Source: Holophagales bacterium
GTDB lineage: Bacteria > Acidobacteriota > Thermoanaerobaculia > Multivoradales > Multivoraceae
Reading direction: 5' to 3'
DNA length: 64,000 nt
Assembly: GCA_009845425.1 (NCBI GenBank)
Contig: VXZQ01000017.1
Coordinates: 273,463 to 337,462, forward strand
Shown: positions 19,784-31,618 of the stretch, in pieces
How the letters are laid out: every line of letters starts with the position of its first letter
Position numbering within the stretch: position 1 is the stretch's first letter
The notes under the pieces: model-generated
Databases searched by the model: none
Seen by the model: only the letters and a program-made list of their open reading frames with translations
What the model was told of the DNA's origin: nothing
Translations under genes and position numbers: made by a program

Positions 19784-19833
19784 ACGAGCTGCGAGCCCCC
19801 CGTAACGGGAAGCTCCGAAAGCCCCAGCCAACC

Positions 19834-20382
19834 ATGACGACGATCCTGCTCGTGCGCCGCGGCGACACGACCTGCATGGCCAGTGACGGCCAGGTGACCA
19901 ACGGCGCCGCGAACACGGTGGTCAAGGCGAGGGCCCGCAAGGTCCAGCGCGCCGGCAAGGGGAGGATTCTGGTCGGTTTCGCGGGCGGCGGCGCCGACGC
20001 GCTGGCCCTCTTCTCGCGGTTCGAGGCGAAGCTCGACGAGTACCAGGGGAACTTCGAGCGCGCCGTGGTCGAACTGGCCATGGACTGGAGGACGGATCGC
20101 GCTCTGCGACGGCTCGAAGCGCAGATGATCGTGGCCGACGGCCGCAAGAGCTTCCTCGCGATGGGCAACGGCGACCTACTCGAACCGGACAGCGACATGC
20201 CGCTGGCGATCGGCTCGGGAGGGAACTACGCGCTGGCTGCGGCTCGCGCGCTGCTCGAGCACACCGAACTCGACGCGGAACGGATCGCGCTCGAGGCGAT
20301 GCGGATCACCGCCGATCTCTGCATCTACACGAACGACCAGATCACCGTCGAGCGTCTCGAAGCCGGCGGGGACGGCGCATGA
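19834..20382 (+). CDS. hslV: ATP-dependent protease subunit HslV
   Basis: MTTILLVRRGD... N-terminal Thr nucleophile. GSGG motif. Confidence 0.95.
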   Translation: MTTILLVRRGDTTCMASDGQVTNGAANTVVKARARKVQRAGKGRILVGFAGGGADALALFSRFEAKLDEYQGNFERAVVELAMDWRTDRALRRLEAQMIVADGRKSFLAMGNGDLLEPDSDMPLAIGSGGNYALAAARALLEHTELDAERIALEAMRITADLCIYTNDQITVERLEAGGDGA

Positions 20383-21752
20383 CGCTTCCGCCCGCGCCAC
20401 CCGCTCCCTTCGTCGAGGATCTCACGCCGCGCGAGATCGTCGCCGCGCTCGACCGCCACGTCGTCGGCCAGAAGGACGCCAAGCGCGCGGTGGCGATCGC
20501 CATGCGCAACCGCTGGCGGCGCCAGCAGCTCGACCCGGAGACCGCCGAGGACATCGCGCCCAAGAACATCCTGATGATGGGCCCCACCGGCGTCGGCAAG
20601 ACGGAGATCGCGCGCCGGCTGGCCAAGCTCGCCCGCGCCCCCTTCCTCAAGATCGAGGCGAGCAAGTTCACCGAGGTCGGCTACGTCGGTCGCGACGTCG
20701 AGTCGATCGTCCGCGATCTGATGGAACTCGCGGTGGTGATGGTCGGAGAGGAGAAACGGGCGGCCGTCGAGGCCGACGCCGCGTCCCGGGCCGACGAGAG
20801 GCTGCTCCAGATCCTGGTCCCCCAGGCGCCCCAGCCGACCGCCGAGTCCGGCGATCCCGCGGACCAGCCCGCGCCCACCGAGACCCGCGAGCGCTTCCGC
20901 GAGTGGCTCGAGGAGGGCCGCCTCGACCACCGGATGGTCGAAATCGAGGTCGACGACGCTTCCCACCAGCAGTTCGAGATGTTCACGCCCCAGGGCGTCG
21001 AGGCGGTAGGCATCAACCTGAAGGAGATGCTCCCGGGCCTGTTCGGCAAGCGCAAACGCCAGATGGTGGAAGTAAGCGAGGCGCGGGAGATCCTGAGGCG
21101 GCAGGAAGCCGAGGCGCTGATCGACCGCCAGGACGTTGCCGAGGAAGCCCGGCTGCGGGTCGAGCAGGCCGGCATCGTCTTCCTCGACGAGATCGACAAG
21201 GTCGCCGGCCGCGACGGCGGCCACGGTCCCGACGTGTCGCGCGAGGGGGTTCAGCGCGATCTCCTGCCGATCGTCGAAGGGACGACGGTGACCACCAAGT
21301 ACGGACCGGTCAAGACGGACCATGTGCTGTTCATCGGCGCCGGCGCGTTCCACGTGGCCAAGCCGTCGGACCTGATTCCGGAACTCCAGGGTCGCTTCCC
21401 CATCCGTGTCGAACTCGGAGCGCTGGGCGAGGCGGAGTTCGTCCGCATCCTGACCGAGCCTGACAGCGCCCTGACCACGCAGTACAGCGCGCTCCTCGGC
21501 GCGGAGGGGCTGGACCTCTCCTTCGGCGACGACGCGGTGCGGGAAGTCGCCCGGCTCGCGGTCGAGGTCAACTCGCAGACCGAGAACATCGGAGCCCGCC
21601 GGCTGGCCACCCTGATGGAGCGGCTGCTGGAAGAAGTCTCCTTCGAGGCGCCGGACATGAACGGCGTGACCCTGGAGGTCGACGCGGCCTACGTCAACCG
21701 GGCGCTCGCCGACGTGGTGAAGGACCGTGATCTCAGCCGCTATGTCCTCTGA
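20379..21752 (+). CDS. hslU: ATP-dependent protease ATPase subunit HslU
   Basis: Walker A MMGPTGVGKTEIARRLA. HslU-like length. ATGA overlap with hslV. Confidence 0.95.
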   Translation: MTLPPAPPAPFVEDLTPREIVAALDRHVVGQKDAKRAVAIAMRNRWRRQQLDPETAEDIAPKNILMMGPTGVGKTEIARRLAKLARAPFLKIEASKFTEVGYVGRDVESIVRDLMELAVVMVGEEKRAAVEADAASRADERLLQILVPQAPQPTAESGDPADQPAPTETRERFREWLEEGRLDHRMVEIEVDDASHQQFEMFTPQGVEAVGINLKEMLPGLFGKRKRQMVEVSEAREILRRQEAEALIDRQDVAEEARLRVEQAGIVFLDEIDKVAGRDGGHGPDVSREGVQRDLLPIVEGTTVTTKYGPVKTDHVLFIGAGAFHVAKPSDLIPELQGRFPIRVELGALGEAEFVRILTEPDSALTTQYSALLGAEGLDLSFGDDAVREVARLAVEVNSQTENIGARRLATLMERLLEEVSFEAPDMNGVTLEVDAAYVNRALADVVKDRDLSRYVL

Positions 21753-21993
21753 GCACGGAAGGCGCCGCCCGCTCCGGCTGGCTGCAACCGGCGCGGTCCT
21801 GCTCGTCCTCCTCGCCAGCCTGGGCTGCGGTCTGAAGGGTGATCCCCTGCCCCCGATCCGCCCACCGGAACCGGTCGCGGAAGAGGTTCCGGTCGAGACC
21901 GAGGCCACGGACGAAGAGAGCGAAGACGCCGACTCCGCTGCCGACGACAGCGACGACGAGGAGGACGGCGACAGCGCTCAAGGGGCGGCATGA
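21742..21993 (+). CDS. small acidic lipoprotein (putative)
   Basis: MSSEHGRRRPLRLAATGAVLLVLLASLGC lipobox-like signal, then a D/E-rich tail. Its stop overlaps the dapF start (ATGA) and its start overlaps the hslU 3' end by 11 nt. Confidence 0.5.
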   Translation: MSSEHGRRRPLRLAATGAVLLVLLASLGCGLKGDPLPPIRPPEPVAEEVPVETEATDEESEDADSAADDSDDEEDGDSAQGAA

Positions 21994-22814
21994 GCGACCA
22001 GGACGGCACACCGTTCCTGCTCGTCTCCGGCGCCGGCAACGACTTCATCGCCCTCATCGAACGCCCGGCTCCGGCCGCCGGGACGATCCGGGCCTGGTGC
22101 CAGCGGGGCGTGTCGGTCGGCGCCGACGGCCTGTTCACGCTGCGCCGGACAGGCGAAGGACGCTACGCCCTTGACTACGCCAACGCCGACGGCGCCGGGG
22201 CGGACCTGTGCCTGAACGCCGCCCGCTGCGCGGCCCGGCTCGCCTTCGAACAGGAGCCTGACGCCCGGAGCCTGACGATCGAGACCGGCGCCGGCGACCT
22301 CGTCGCCGAACCGGTCGACGACACCTGCACCGCCGTCCACGTGCCGGCGCCCGGGGCCGGCCGGCGGATGACGCTGCGCGCGAACGGCCGGGATGTTCCG
22401 GGATGCCGGATCGACGCCGGCGTCCCCCACTTCGTCCTCTGGTGGCCAGGCGAACTGGATAAGGCACCGGTCGCGTCGCTCGGTCCGGTCCTTCGGGCGC
22501 ACCCCGACCTGGGCCCGGATGGCGCCAACGTCCACTTCGTCGACCTCGATCCGCCGGAACGCTTCCGCATCCGGTCATTCGAGCGTGGAGTGGAAGGGGA
22601 GACTCTCGCCTGCGGCACCGGCGTCGTGGCGGCGGCCGCCTGCGGGATCGCCGAGGGCCGGCTGTCGCTGCCCATTGCGGCCGTCACCAGGAGCGGCTTC
22701 GAACTGCGTCTCGAGGCCGCTCCGGACGGCCCGGACGGCCACGGCCGCTGGCGCCTGTCCGGCGACGCCAGGATCGTTGCCAGGGGTCGCATCGCCGGCA
22801 CCGCCACGGCGTGA
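21990..22814 (+). CDS. dapF: diaminopimelate epimerase
   Basis: GNDF and CGTG catalytic Cys motifs, ~274 aa. Confidence 0.85.
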   Translation: MSDQDGTPFLLVSGAGNDFIALIERPAPAAGTIRAWCQRGVSVGADGLFTLRRTGEGRYALDYANADGAGADLCLNAARCAARLAFEQEPDARSLTIETGAGDLVAEPVDDTCTAVHVPAPGAGRRMTLRANGRDVPGCRIDAGVPHFVLWWPGELDKAPVASLGPVLRAHPDLGPDGANVHFVDLDPPERFRIRSFERGVEGETLACGTGVVAAAACGIAEGRLSLPIAAVTRSGFELRLEAAPDGPDGHGRWRLSGDARIVARGRIAGTATA

Positions 22815-22836
22815 AACCGGCTGCTACCCTCCGCCC

Positions 22837-24072
22837 ATGAGCAGCGGCTTTGCTCCCATCGACGAGCAGATGGAACTGCTCCTCCGCGGCGCGGTCGACG
22901 TGGTCGAAGAGGACGCCCTGCGGCAGAGGCTGGAGCAATCCCGCGCCGAGAGCCGTCCGTTGCTCGTCAAGACGGGCTTCGATCCCACCGCGCCCGACCT
23001 GCACCTAGGCCACGCCGTGCTGCTGCGGAAGATGGGCCACTTCCAGCAACTGGGGCATCGGGTCGTGTTCCTGGTCGGCGACTTCACCGCGATGATCGGC
23101 GACCCGACCGGCAAGAAGGCCACCCGCCCCCAGCTTAAGCGCGAACAGGTCCTGGCCAACGCCGAGACCTACCAAGAGCAGGCCTGGCAGGTTCTCGACC
23201 GTGAGCTAACCGAGATCCAGCACAACAGCGAGTGGCTCGGAGCGCTCGGCGCGGAGGGTCTGGTCCGCCTCGCCGGCTCCTACACGCTGGCCCGGATGAT
23301 GGAGCGGGAGGACTTCCGGGACCGCTTCGAGAAGCACGAACCGATCTCGATCCACGAGCTGCTGTATCCCCTGACCCAGGGCTACGACTCCGTCGTCATG
23401 GAGGCCGACGTCGAACTCGGCGGCCACGACCAGTTGCTCAACCTCCTGGTCGGCCGCGACCTGATGCGCGCCCGCGGAATGGAGCCCCAGATCGCGCTCA
23501 CCGTGCCGCTGCTGGTCGGCACCGACGGCACCCAGAAGATGTCGAAGAGCCTGGGCAACGCGATCGCGTTCGAGGACTCGCCCCGCGAGATGTTCGGCCG
23601 CACGATGTCGATCCCCGACGACCTGATGTGGGACTGGCGCCTGTTGCTCACCGACATGGACGAGACCGAGATCGAGCGCCAGAAGGCCGACGCGGCGAGC
23701 GGCCGGGCCAGTCCGCGCGACCTGAAGGCCGACCTCGCACACGATCTCGTGAGACGCTTCCACGGCCCGTGCGCCGCCGACGAGGCGCGCACCGAGTTCG
23801 ACCGCATGTTCCGTGGCGGCGGCGTGCCGGACGAGATCGAAACGCGCGTCGTTCCGTCCGGACAGGCGCTCTTCACCCTGATCGCCGACGCCGGTCTCAC
23901 GGGGAGCCGGGCCGAAGCCCGGCGCCTGATCCAGCAAGGCGCCGTTTCCCTCGACGGCGAGAAGATCGGCGATCCCTACTTCACCCTGCCGGATGGCGCA
24001 AACGCGCTGCTGAAGGTGGGCAAGCGCCGCTTCCTGCAGGTTGTAGCCCCGGCCGCCGATGCCGCAGACTGA
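22837..24072 (+). CDS. tyrS: tyrosine--tRNA ligase
   Basis: HLGH (PDLHLGHAV) and KMSKS motifs. C-terminal S4 domain. ATG at 22837. The track ORF's 5' extension overlaps dapF out of frame. Confidence 0.93.
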   Translation: MSSGFAPIDEQMELLLRGAVDVVEEDALRQRLEQSRAESRPLLVKTGFDPTAPDLHLGHAVLLRKMGHFQQLGHRVVFLVGDFTAMIGDPTGKKATRPQLKREQVLANAETYQEQAWQVLDRELTEIQHNSEWLGALGAEGLVRLAGSYTLARMMEREDFRDRFEKHEPISIHELLYPLTQGYDSVVMEADVELGGHDQLLNLLVGRDLMRARGMEPQIALTVPLLVGTDGTQKMSKSLGNAIAFEDSPREMFGRTMSIPDDLMWDWRLLLTDMDETEIERQKADAASGRASPRDLKADLAHDLVRRFHGPCAADEARTEFDRMFRGGGVPDEIETRVVPSGQALFTLIADAGLTGSRAEARRLIQQGAVSLDGEKIGDPYFTLPDGANALLKVGKRRFLQVVAPAADAAD

Positions 24073-24367
24073 GCCTCACCCGGAACTGCAGGCGCACTCC
24101 CTCGGCGACGAGGAACTGCCGCCGCTGCGCGTCGGCGTTCGCATTCTCCTGTTCGCCCTAGGGTCCCTTCTCGTCCTCTTCGGTCTCATCTTCGGCCCGC
24201 TGCCCCTGATACCCGCCATCGTTCTCGTGCCCGCGGGTGTGGCTCTGCTGTCACTAGCCAGCAACCGGCTGAACCTCCGGCTCAGAGCCTTCATCATGCG
24301 CCGCTGGCCCAACGCCTGGCACAGGATCCAGGGAGTCCGTGCCTGGCTGCACCGCCGCCTGAGCTGA
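24059..24367 (+). CDS. small integral membrane protein (two predicted TM helices)
   Basis: 102 aa, hydrophobic core LLFALGSLLVLFGLIFGPLPLIPAIVLVPAGVALL. Overlaps the tyrS end by 14 nt. Confidence 0.5.
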   Translation: MPQTEPHPELQAHSLGDEELPPLRVGVRILLFALGSLLVLFGLIFGPLPLIPAIVLVPAGVALLSLASNRLNLRLRAFIMRRWPNAWHRIQGVRAWLHRRLS

Positions 24368-24374
24368 GTCGACG

Positions 24375-25811
24375 CTAGCCGGCCTTCGCCGCGCGCTTCC
24401 TCAATCCGCGCAGGAAGACGCCGTTGAGCGCGATCAGCACCACGGCGACCACGATCCACTGCGCGAACATGTTGCCGACGCCCAGAGGCCCCCAGAGCGG
24501 CTCGTTGCGGGCGCTCCAGATCATCCAGGCAACGAGCACCACCGCCTCGATCGCGACCAGCCGGATCGCCCAGTCCCACCAGGCGCCTACCCGCATGTCC
24601 TGGTCGCCGGTGTTGATCATCTCGGCGCGGAAGCGGGTGACGCCGTAGCGGATCACGATCAGGGCGAAGAACAGGCCGCAGAACATCAGCGCGACGCTCC
24701 AGACGGTGTCCTGGTTCACGAAGGACGACTGCCACAGCGCCGAGGGCACGCCGAGCACGAAGGCGGCGACCGCGATCGAGATGATCGCCTTGCGCCGTTC
24801 GAGTCCCGCCTCCTCGAGCGCCAGGCCGACCAACTGGAACATCGCCACGAGCGACGTCCAGGCGGCAAACACCAGGGCCATGAAGAACAGGATCATGAAG
24901 AACGAACCGCCCGGCATCGCGTTGAAGAGCTGGGGTATCCAGATGAACGTCAGGCCCTCGTTGCTGGCGCCGACGATCTGGTTGGCGGCGCCGGGCATGA
25001 TCGAGAAGACGGTGCAGAGCACCATGACGCCGGCGAGCAGCGACACGCTGTTGTTCCCGAACGCCAGCAGGAAGGAGTTCAGATTCGTGTCCTCCCGGCG
25101 GCGCGAGAACACCGCGTAGGTCAGCACCAGACCCCAGCCGGCGCCCGTGTCCCAGGCGTTCTGGGTCAGCGCCTGCAGCCAGATGTTCGAGTCCAGCAGG
25201 TCGCTCCAGTTGGGCCTGAACAGGAACTCGAGACCGTTCACCGCGCCCGGCAGCGTCACCGCCCGGATGGCGAGCACCACGACGAGCACCAGTAGCGCCG
25301 GCATCAGGATCCGTACCACGCTCTCGATGCCCCGGATCCCCTTGAGCACGACGATCACGCCCATCGCGAGCGCCAATGCGTGGAAGATGAGCACCTGGGG
25401 CGTGTAGGAGAAGTCCTCCCAAAGCTGGACCGACCGCTCGCCCTGAAGCTGCATCGTGATGGCGGCCAGGAAGTAGCGCAGGGTCCAGCCCATGACGACG
25501 GCGTAGTAGAAGCCGATCGCCGCCGCCACCCAGGCGATCCACGCGCCCATCCAGGCGAACCGCTCGCCCATCATCGAGGCGAACGTCCCCACCGTGCCGT
25601 TGCGCACCTTCTTGCCAAGCGCGAACTCGGCCAGGATCAGCGGCACCGACCAGAGCATCAGGAAGACGACCCAGGCGACCAGGAAGGAGCCGCCGCCGTT
25701 GGACGCGGCAATCCGGGGGAATCGCCAGATGTTGCCCGTGCCGACGGCCATGCCGAGCATGGCGAGCATCAGGCCCCACCGGCTCGAGAACAGTTGGGTC
25801 GCTGTGGTCAA
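24375..25811 (-). CDS. sodium-dependent transporter, NSS (SNF) family
   Basis: GNIWRFP signature, 12 TM-like segments. TTG start at 25811 with GGGAGG SD. Confidence 0.88.
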   Translation of the reverse strand: MTTATQLFSSRWGLMLAMLGMAVGTGNIWRFPRIAASNGGGSFLVAWVVFLMLWSVPLILAEFALGKKVRNGTVGTFASMMGERFAWMGAWIAWVAAAIGFYYAVVMGWTLRYFLAAITMQLQGERSVQLWEDFSYTPQVLIFHALALAMGVIVVLKGIRGIESVVRILMPALLVLVVVLAIRAVTLPGAVNGLEFLFRPNWSDLLDSNIWLQALTQNAWDTGAGWGLVLTYAVFSRRREDTNLNSFLLAFGNNSVSLLAGVMVLCTVFSIMPGAANQIVGASNEGLTFIWIPQLFNAMPGGSFFMILFFMALVFAAWTSLVAMFQLVGLALEEAGLERRKAIISIAVAAFVLGVPSALWQSSFVNQDTVWSVALMFCGLFFALIVIRYGVTRFRAEMINTGDQDMRVGAWWDWAIRLVAIEAVVLVAWMIWSARNEPLWGPLGVGNMFAQWIVVAVVLIALNGVFLRGLRKRAAKAG

Positions 25812-25910
25812 GCCGCCTCCCGCGCTGGTTCTGCCGTGCCGACGAGGGACCCTATCAACACGCCCCCGGCGGCACCGGGAGCGGCCAGCCGTACGACGAC
25901 GACGGCCATC

Positions 25911-27206
25911 TCAGTTCCGCCAGCGCCAGAGGAAGTAGAAAGGCACGCCGAATCCGATGATAAGGAGACCGCCGCCTGAGGTCGCGGGACTTTCGCGGAG
26001 AGCATTGACGACGATCAGCAGGCTCGCCACCACGAAGAACAGAGGCGCGAGAGGGTAGCCCCACGCCCGGAACGGACGATGCTCCAGCGGCCGTCGCCGC
26101 CGCAGAACGAACACGGCGAACACGGCGACGCCCGCGAACAGCACGACGCCAAAGCCCGTGTACTCGACGAGCTGGTCGAAGGTGCCGGTCAGAACCAGCA
26201 CGCTGCTCCAGACGGCCTGAGCAGCGATGGCCACGACCGGCGTGCGAAACCGAGGATGCACCCTGCCGGCCGCGGGAAAGAACAACCCGTCGCGGGCCAT
26301 GGCGTAGTAGACCCGAGGCCCGGCCAGCACCATGGCGCTGATGGCTGCCGCGATCATCACGATCGATGCGGCCGCCCAGGCTCCCGCGGCACCGGGTCCG
26401 AACAGCCGTTCCACCGCCACGTCGCCGATGCGAAGCGCCTGATCGGGGAACTCCTCCACCGGCATCGCGTAGACGTAGACCATGTTCAAAGCCAGGTAGA
26501 TCACGACGACGATTGCCGTACCCATCAGCAACGCTCTCGGAACGTTCTTCTCCGGGTCCCGAATCTCCTCGCTGACATAGGCCGCGGCGTTCCACCCCGA
26601 GTAACTGAACAGCACCGGGATCAACGCGAACGTCCAACTGGCGAAAGCTATCGGGCCACCTTCGGCATAGTGCGTCGCGCTTCCGCGCCCCAACGAAAAC
26701 CCGAGCGCGACGACGACCACCAGCACGGCGACCTTGGCGCCTGCCAGCAGGTTATTGACGATCCGGCCCGGACCGAGGCCCAGGCTGTGGACGACCGACA
26801 TGCCGACGATGGCCGCGAGGGCCACCGCGCTCTGAGGTGACAACGTCAACGATACGAACACCAGGGAAACCGAGAAGATCGGTGTGGTGTCCGCGGCTGC
26901 GGGAACGAAACGGCCCAGGATCCCGGCCATGCCGACCGCACTGGCGGCAATGGCGCCGGAGAATCCCGCAACGAACGACGTCCAGCCGGCCAGAAAGCCC
27001 AGGAGGGGGCCGTAGGCTTCCTTTAGGTAGACGTACTCACCGCCGGCCTGCGGACGCAGGGCAGCCAGTTCCGCGTAGGCCAGCGCACCCGCAAGTGCCA
27101 GTGCTCCGCCGACCAGCCACACCCCGAGCATGGCGGCCGGGCTCGGCGCCAGTTGAGCCACCACGGCCGGCACGATGAAGATCCCGCTGCCGATCACGTT
27201 GGACAC
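25911..27206 (-). CDS. amino acid permease (APC superfamily)
   Basis: SNVIGSGIFIVP... typical APC TM1 motif, ~12 TM. The annotated GTG start truncates the conserved N-terminus. The true start may lie upstream (see findings). Confidence 0.8.
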   Translation of the reverse strand: MSNVIGSGIFIVPAVVAQLAPSPAAMLGVWLVGGALALAGALAYAELAALRPQAGGEYVYLKEAYGPLLGFLAGWTSFVAGFSGAIAASAVGMAGILGRFVPAAADTTPIFSVSLVFVSLTLSPQSAVALAAIVGMSVVHSLGLGPGRIVNNLLAGAKVAVLVVVVALGFSLGRGSATHYAEGGPIAFASWTFALIPVLFSYSGWNAAAYVSEEIRDPEKNVPRALLMGTAIVVVIYLALNMVYVYAMPVEEFPDQALRIGDVAVERLFGPGAAGAWAAASIVMIAAAISAMVLAGPRVYYAMARDGLFFPAAGRVHPRFRTPVVAIAAQAVWSSVLVLTGTFDQLVEYTGFGVVLFAGVAVFAVFVLRRRRPLEHRPFRAWGYPLAPLFFVVASLLIVVNALRESPATSGGGLLIIGFGVPFYFLWRWRN

Positions 27207-27286
27207 GACGATCGCGGCGCCGTCGAGGGCGCCCAGTCTGCGTTCGAGTGTCGGCGGCGAAGCCGTGGCCCGTCTCCCGGGCGGTA

Positions 27287-27703
27287 TCAGCCGACCAGGT
27301 CGCAGGCGGCGAAGAAGAAGGCGCGCTCAACGCCAGCGTTCTCAGGCGAGTCGCTGCCGTGGATCGCGTTGTTCTGGATGTTCGTGCCGTAGAGGTTGCG
27401 GATCGTCCCCTCGGCGGCCTGCGTCGAGTCGGTGGCGCCCATCACGTCGCGAAGATGAACAACCGCGTTCTCGCGCGCCAGCGCGATCGCCACCACGGGG
27501 CCGCTCGTCATGAACGCGACCAGGTCGGCGTAGAACGGTCGCTCGCGATGCACCGCGTAGAACGCCTCGGCCTGGGCGCGCGAAAGACGCATCCGGCGCG
27601 TGGCCTGGATCTCGAAGCCCGCGTCCTCCAGGTGGGCGACGATCCGGCCCGTGTTGCCGGCACGGACGGCGTCCGGCTTGATGATGGTCAGCGTTTCTTC
27701 CAT
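27287..27703 (-). CDS. ndk: nucleoside diphosphate kinase
   Basis: MEETLTIIKPDAV...NAIHGSDS (active-site His). 138 aa. ATG at 27703. The upstream part of the track ORF is an out-of-frame extension. Confidence 0.93.
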   Translation of the reverse strand: MEETLTIIKPDAVRAGNTGRIVAHLEDAGFEIQATRRMRLSRAQAEAFYAVHRERPFYADLVAFMTSGPVVAIALARENAVVHLRDVMGATDSTQAAEGTIRNLYGTNIQNNAIHGSDSPENAGVERAFFFAACDLVG

Positions 27704-27708
27704 CCCGA

Positions 27709-28581
27709 CTATCTCCCTAGTGCCTCGGACACCCGCGCGCCCATCTCGGCCGGCGAGTCGACGACCAGGACCCCGGCGTCGCGGAGCGCCGCCTTCTTCT
27801 CGGCCGCGGTGCCCTTGCCGCCGGCCACGATCGCGCCGGCATGGCCCATCCGCCGACCCGGCGGAGCCGTAGCGCCGGCGATGAAGCCGACCACGGGAAC
27901 GTCGAGGTGCTCGCCGATCCAGGCCGCCGCCTCCTCTTCCGCCGTACCGCCGATCTCGCCGATCAGGACCACGGCTTCCGTCGCCTCGTCCCCGGCGAAC
28001 AACTCCAGCACGTCGATGAAGCTCGTGCCGTTGACCGGATCGCCGCCGATGCCGACGCAGGTCGTCTGGCCGAGCCCTTCGTTGGTGAGCTGCCAAACGG
28101 CCTCGTAGGTCAGCGTGCCGCTCCGACTGATCACGCCGACGTTGCCGGCCTCGTGGATGTGGCCGGGCATGATGCCGACCTTCGCCTGGTCCGGGGTGAT
28201 CAGGCCCGGGCAGTTCGGCCCCAGCAGACGGCTGTTCCGGCCCCGGAGGAAGGCCTTGACCCGGACCATGTCCTGAACCGGAATGCCCTCGGTGATGCAC
28301 ACGATCAGCTCGACGCCGGCGTCGGCCGCCTCCATGATCGCGTCGGCGGCAAACGGCGGCGGCACGAAGATCAACGTCGCATTGCAGCCGGTCTCCCGCC
28401 GCGCGCGTTCGACCGAGTTCCAGACCGGAAAGCCCTCGACCGTCGACCCGCCCTTGCCGGGGGTCACGCCGCCGACCACGTCGGTGCCGTAGTCCCGGCA
28501 GCCCATCGCGTGGAACAGTCCTTCCCTGCCAGTGATGCCCTGGACGATCAGGCGCGTGCTTTCGCCAACCAGAATCGACAT
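27709..28581 (-). CDS. sucD: succinate--CoA ligase subunit alpha
   Basis: [21 protein letters not shown]...SRSGTLTYE...GHAGAI (phospho-His). Start at 28581, 5 nt after the sucC stop. Confidence 0.93.
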   Translation of the reverse strand: MSILVGESTRLIVQGITGREGLFHAMGCRDYGTDVVGGVTPGKGGSTVEGFPVWNSVERARRETGCNATLIFVPPPFAADAIMEAADAGVELIVCITEGIPVQDMVRVKAFLRGRNSRLLGPNCPGLITPDQAKVGIMPGHIHEAGNVGVISRSGTLTYEAVWQLTNEGLGQTTCVGIGGDPVNGTSFIDVLELFAGDEATEAVVLIGEIGGTAEEEAAAWIGEHLDVPVVGFIAGATAPPGRRMGHAGAIVAGGKGTAAEKKAALRDAGVLVVDSPAEMGARVSEALGR

Positions 28582-28585
28582 CGGT

Positions 28586-29776
28586 TCAGCTTTCCGCCAC
28601 CCTGGTCCTGAGGGCCTCGACCGCGCTCTCCGCGGCGCTCGCCATGCCGTCGGCGACGAGGAAGTCGAAGTCCGCCCGCTCGAGCACCTCGCGGCCCTCC
28701 TCGACGTTCGTTCCCTCCAGCCGGACCACCACCGGCACCCCAACCGGCGTGCCGTCGGCCGCCAGCTCGTCGATCGCCGCGACCACACCGCGGGCGATGC
28801 GGTCGGTGCGCGCGATGCCGCCGAAGATGTTGATCAGCACCGCCTCGACCGCCGGGTCGGAGAGGATGATCCGAAAGGCGCTCGCCACCGCCTCCTGGGA
28901 AGCCGAGCCACCGACATCGAGGAAGTTGGCAGGCTCGGCGCCGTAGAGCTTGATGATGTCCATCGTCGCCATCGCCAGACCAGCGCCGTTGACCATGCAC
29001 CCGATGCTGCCGTCCAGCTTGATGTAGCTGATGCCGTGTTCCGAGGCCTCGACCTCGAGTGGATTCTCTTCGTGCACGTCCCGCAGCTCGACGACGTCGC
29101 GCTGCCGGAAGAGCGCGTTGTCGTCGAAGTTCATCTTCGCGTCCAGGGCGTAGACGTCGCCCTTCGAGTCCACCATCAGCGGGTTGATCTCGACCAGGGA
29201 AGCGTCGGTCTCCAGGTAGGCCGCGACAACGCTGGCGACGATCGACTGAATCTGGCGAGCCGTGCCGCCCTCGAATCCGAGTCCCGAGGCGATCCGCCGG
29301 CACTGGAACGGCAACACGCCGAGAAGCGGATCGATCAACTCACGCAGGATCGCGTCGGGATCCGACTGGGCGACTTCCTCGATGTCCATGCCGCCCGAGC
29401 GCGACGCCATCAGGAGCGGGCGCTCGGCGGCGCGGTCGAGGGTCACGCCCAGGTAGAGCTCCTGGTCGATCTCGAGCGCTTCCTCGATCAGAACCTGGCG
29501 CACCTCCTGACCATCGGGGCCGGTCTGATGGGTCACCAGTTGCATGCCCAGAATCTCGTCGGCCAACCGCGCCGCTTCGTCCGGGTTCGACGCCACCTTG
29601 ACGCCGCCGCCCTTTCCGCGACCGCCGGCGTGGATCTGCGCCTTCACCACGCAGCGGCCACCGAAGTCCTCACAGATCCGCGCCGCCTGAGCAGCATCGT
29701 CGATGACCTTGCCCTGGGGCACGGCAGCCCCGAACCGGCGCAGTATCCCCTTGGCCTGAAACTCGTGGATCTTCAC
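28586..29776 (-). CDS. sucC: succinate--CoA ligase subunit beta
   Basis: [16 protein letters not shown]... ATP-grasp. 396 aa. Confidence 0.95.
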   Translation of the reverse strand: MKIHEFQAKGILRRFGAAVPQGKVIDDAAQAARICEDFGGRCVVKAQIHAGGRGKGGGVKVASNPDEAARLADEILGMQLVTHQTGPDGQEVRQVLIEEALEIDQELYLGVTLDRAAERPLLMASRSGGMDIEEVAQSDPDAILRELIDPLLGVLPFQCRRIASGLGFEGGTARQIQSIVASVVAAYLETDASLVEINPLMVDSKGDVYALDAKMNFDDNALFRQRDVVELRDVHEENPLEVEASEHGISYIKLDGSIGCMVNGAGLAMATMDIIKLYGAEPANFLDVGGSASQEAVASAFRIILSDPAVEAVLINIFGGIARTDRIARGVVAAIDELAADGTPVGVPVVVRLEGTNVEEGREVLERADFDFLVADGMASAAESAVEALRTRVAES

Positions 29777-29789
29777 GGGCGCGGGCTCT

Positions 29790-31052
<1,263 letters not shown>

Positions 31053-31107
31053 GTTGCCCGCCCGAACTCCGAGCCGGGTGGCGCAACGGACTGCTAAGGT
31101 CTTTTGA

Positions 31108-31575
31108 ATGAGCGCGCGGGGCGTCTTCCACCTGCCGACGCCGAATCACGGCGCCACGTGGGAGGGCATCGACTGGGAAGCTCTGGTCGACGCCGCCGTC
31201 CGGTGCCGGGAACAGGCCTACGCGCCGTACAGCGACTTCCGGGTCGGCGCCGCGCTATTGGCCGCGAACGGCAGGATCTACACGGGCTGCAACGTGGAGA
31301 ATCGGGTGCTGGGCCTCACCCTGTGCGCCGAGCGCGGCGCGCTTTCCGCGGCCGTAGTGGATGGTCAGCGCACCTTCGTCGCCATGGCGCTCGCCACCGG
31401 CGCCGTGCCGCCGAGCACTCCCTGCGGACAGTGCCGGGACGCCCTGGCCGAGTTCAGTTGCGACCTTCCTGTCGTGGCGGTCACCGCCGGCGCCCACGAC
31501 TTGCCGAACTGGAGCCGGTTCACGCTGCGCGAACTGCTGCCGGAGCCCTTCGTCCTCGATCCGCCCGAAGGCTGA
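31108..31575 (+). CDS. cdd: cytidine deaminase
   Basis: CAERGA and PCGQCR zinc-binding motifs. Confidence 0.88.
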   Translation: MSARGVFHLPTPNHGATWEGIDWEALVDAAVRCREQAYAPYSDFRVGAALLAANGRIYTGCNVENRVLGLTLCAERGALSAAVVDGQRTFVAMALATGAVPPSTPCGQCRDALAEFSCDLPVVAVTAGAHDLPNWSRFTLRELLPEPFVLDPPEG

Positions 31576-31618
31576 TTCAGGCCGCAATGAGCGCCGGCAC
31601 GGGCGCCCCCGCGTCCGT

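Noticed and set aside
22393-22836. N-terminal extension of the tyrS ORF
   Set aside because: It overlaps dapF in another frame. TyrS homology begins at MSSGFAPIDEQ (22837).
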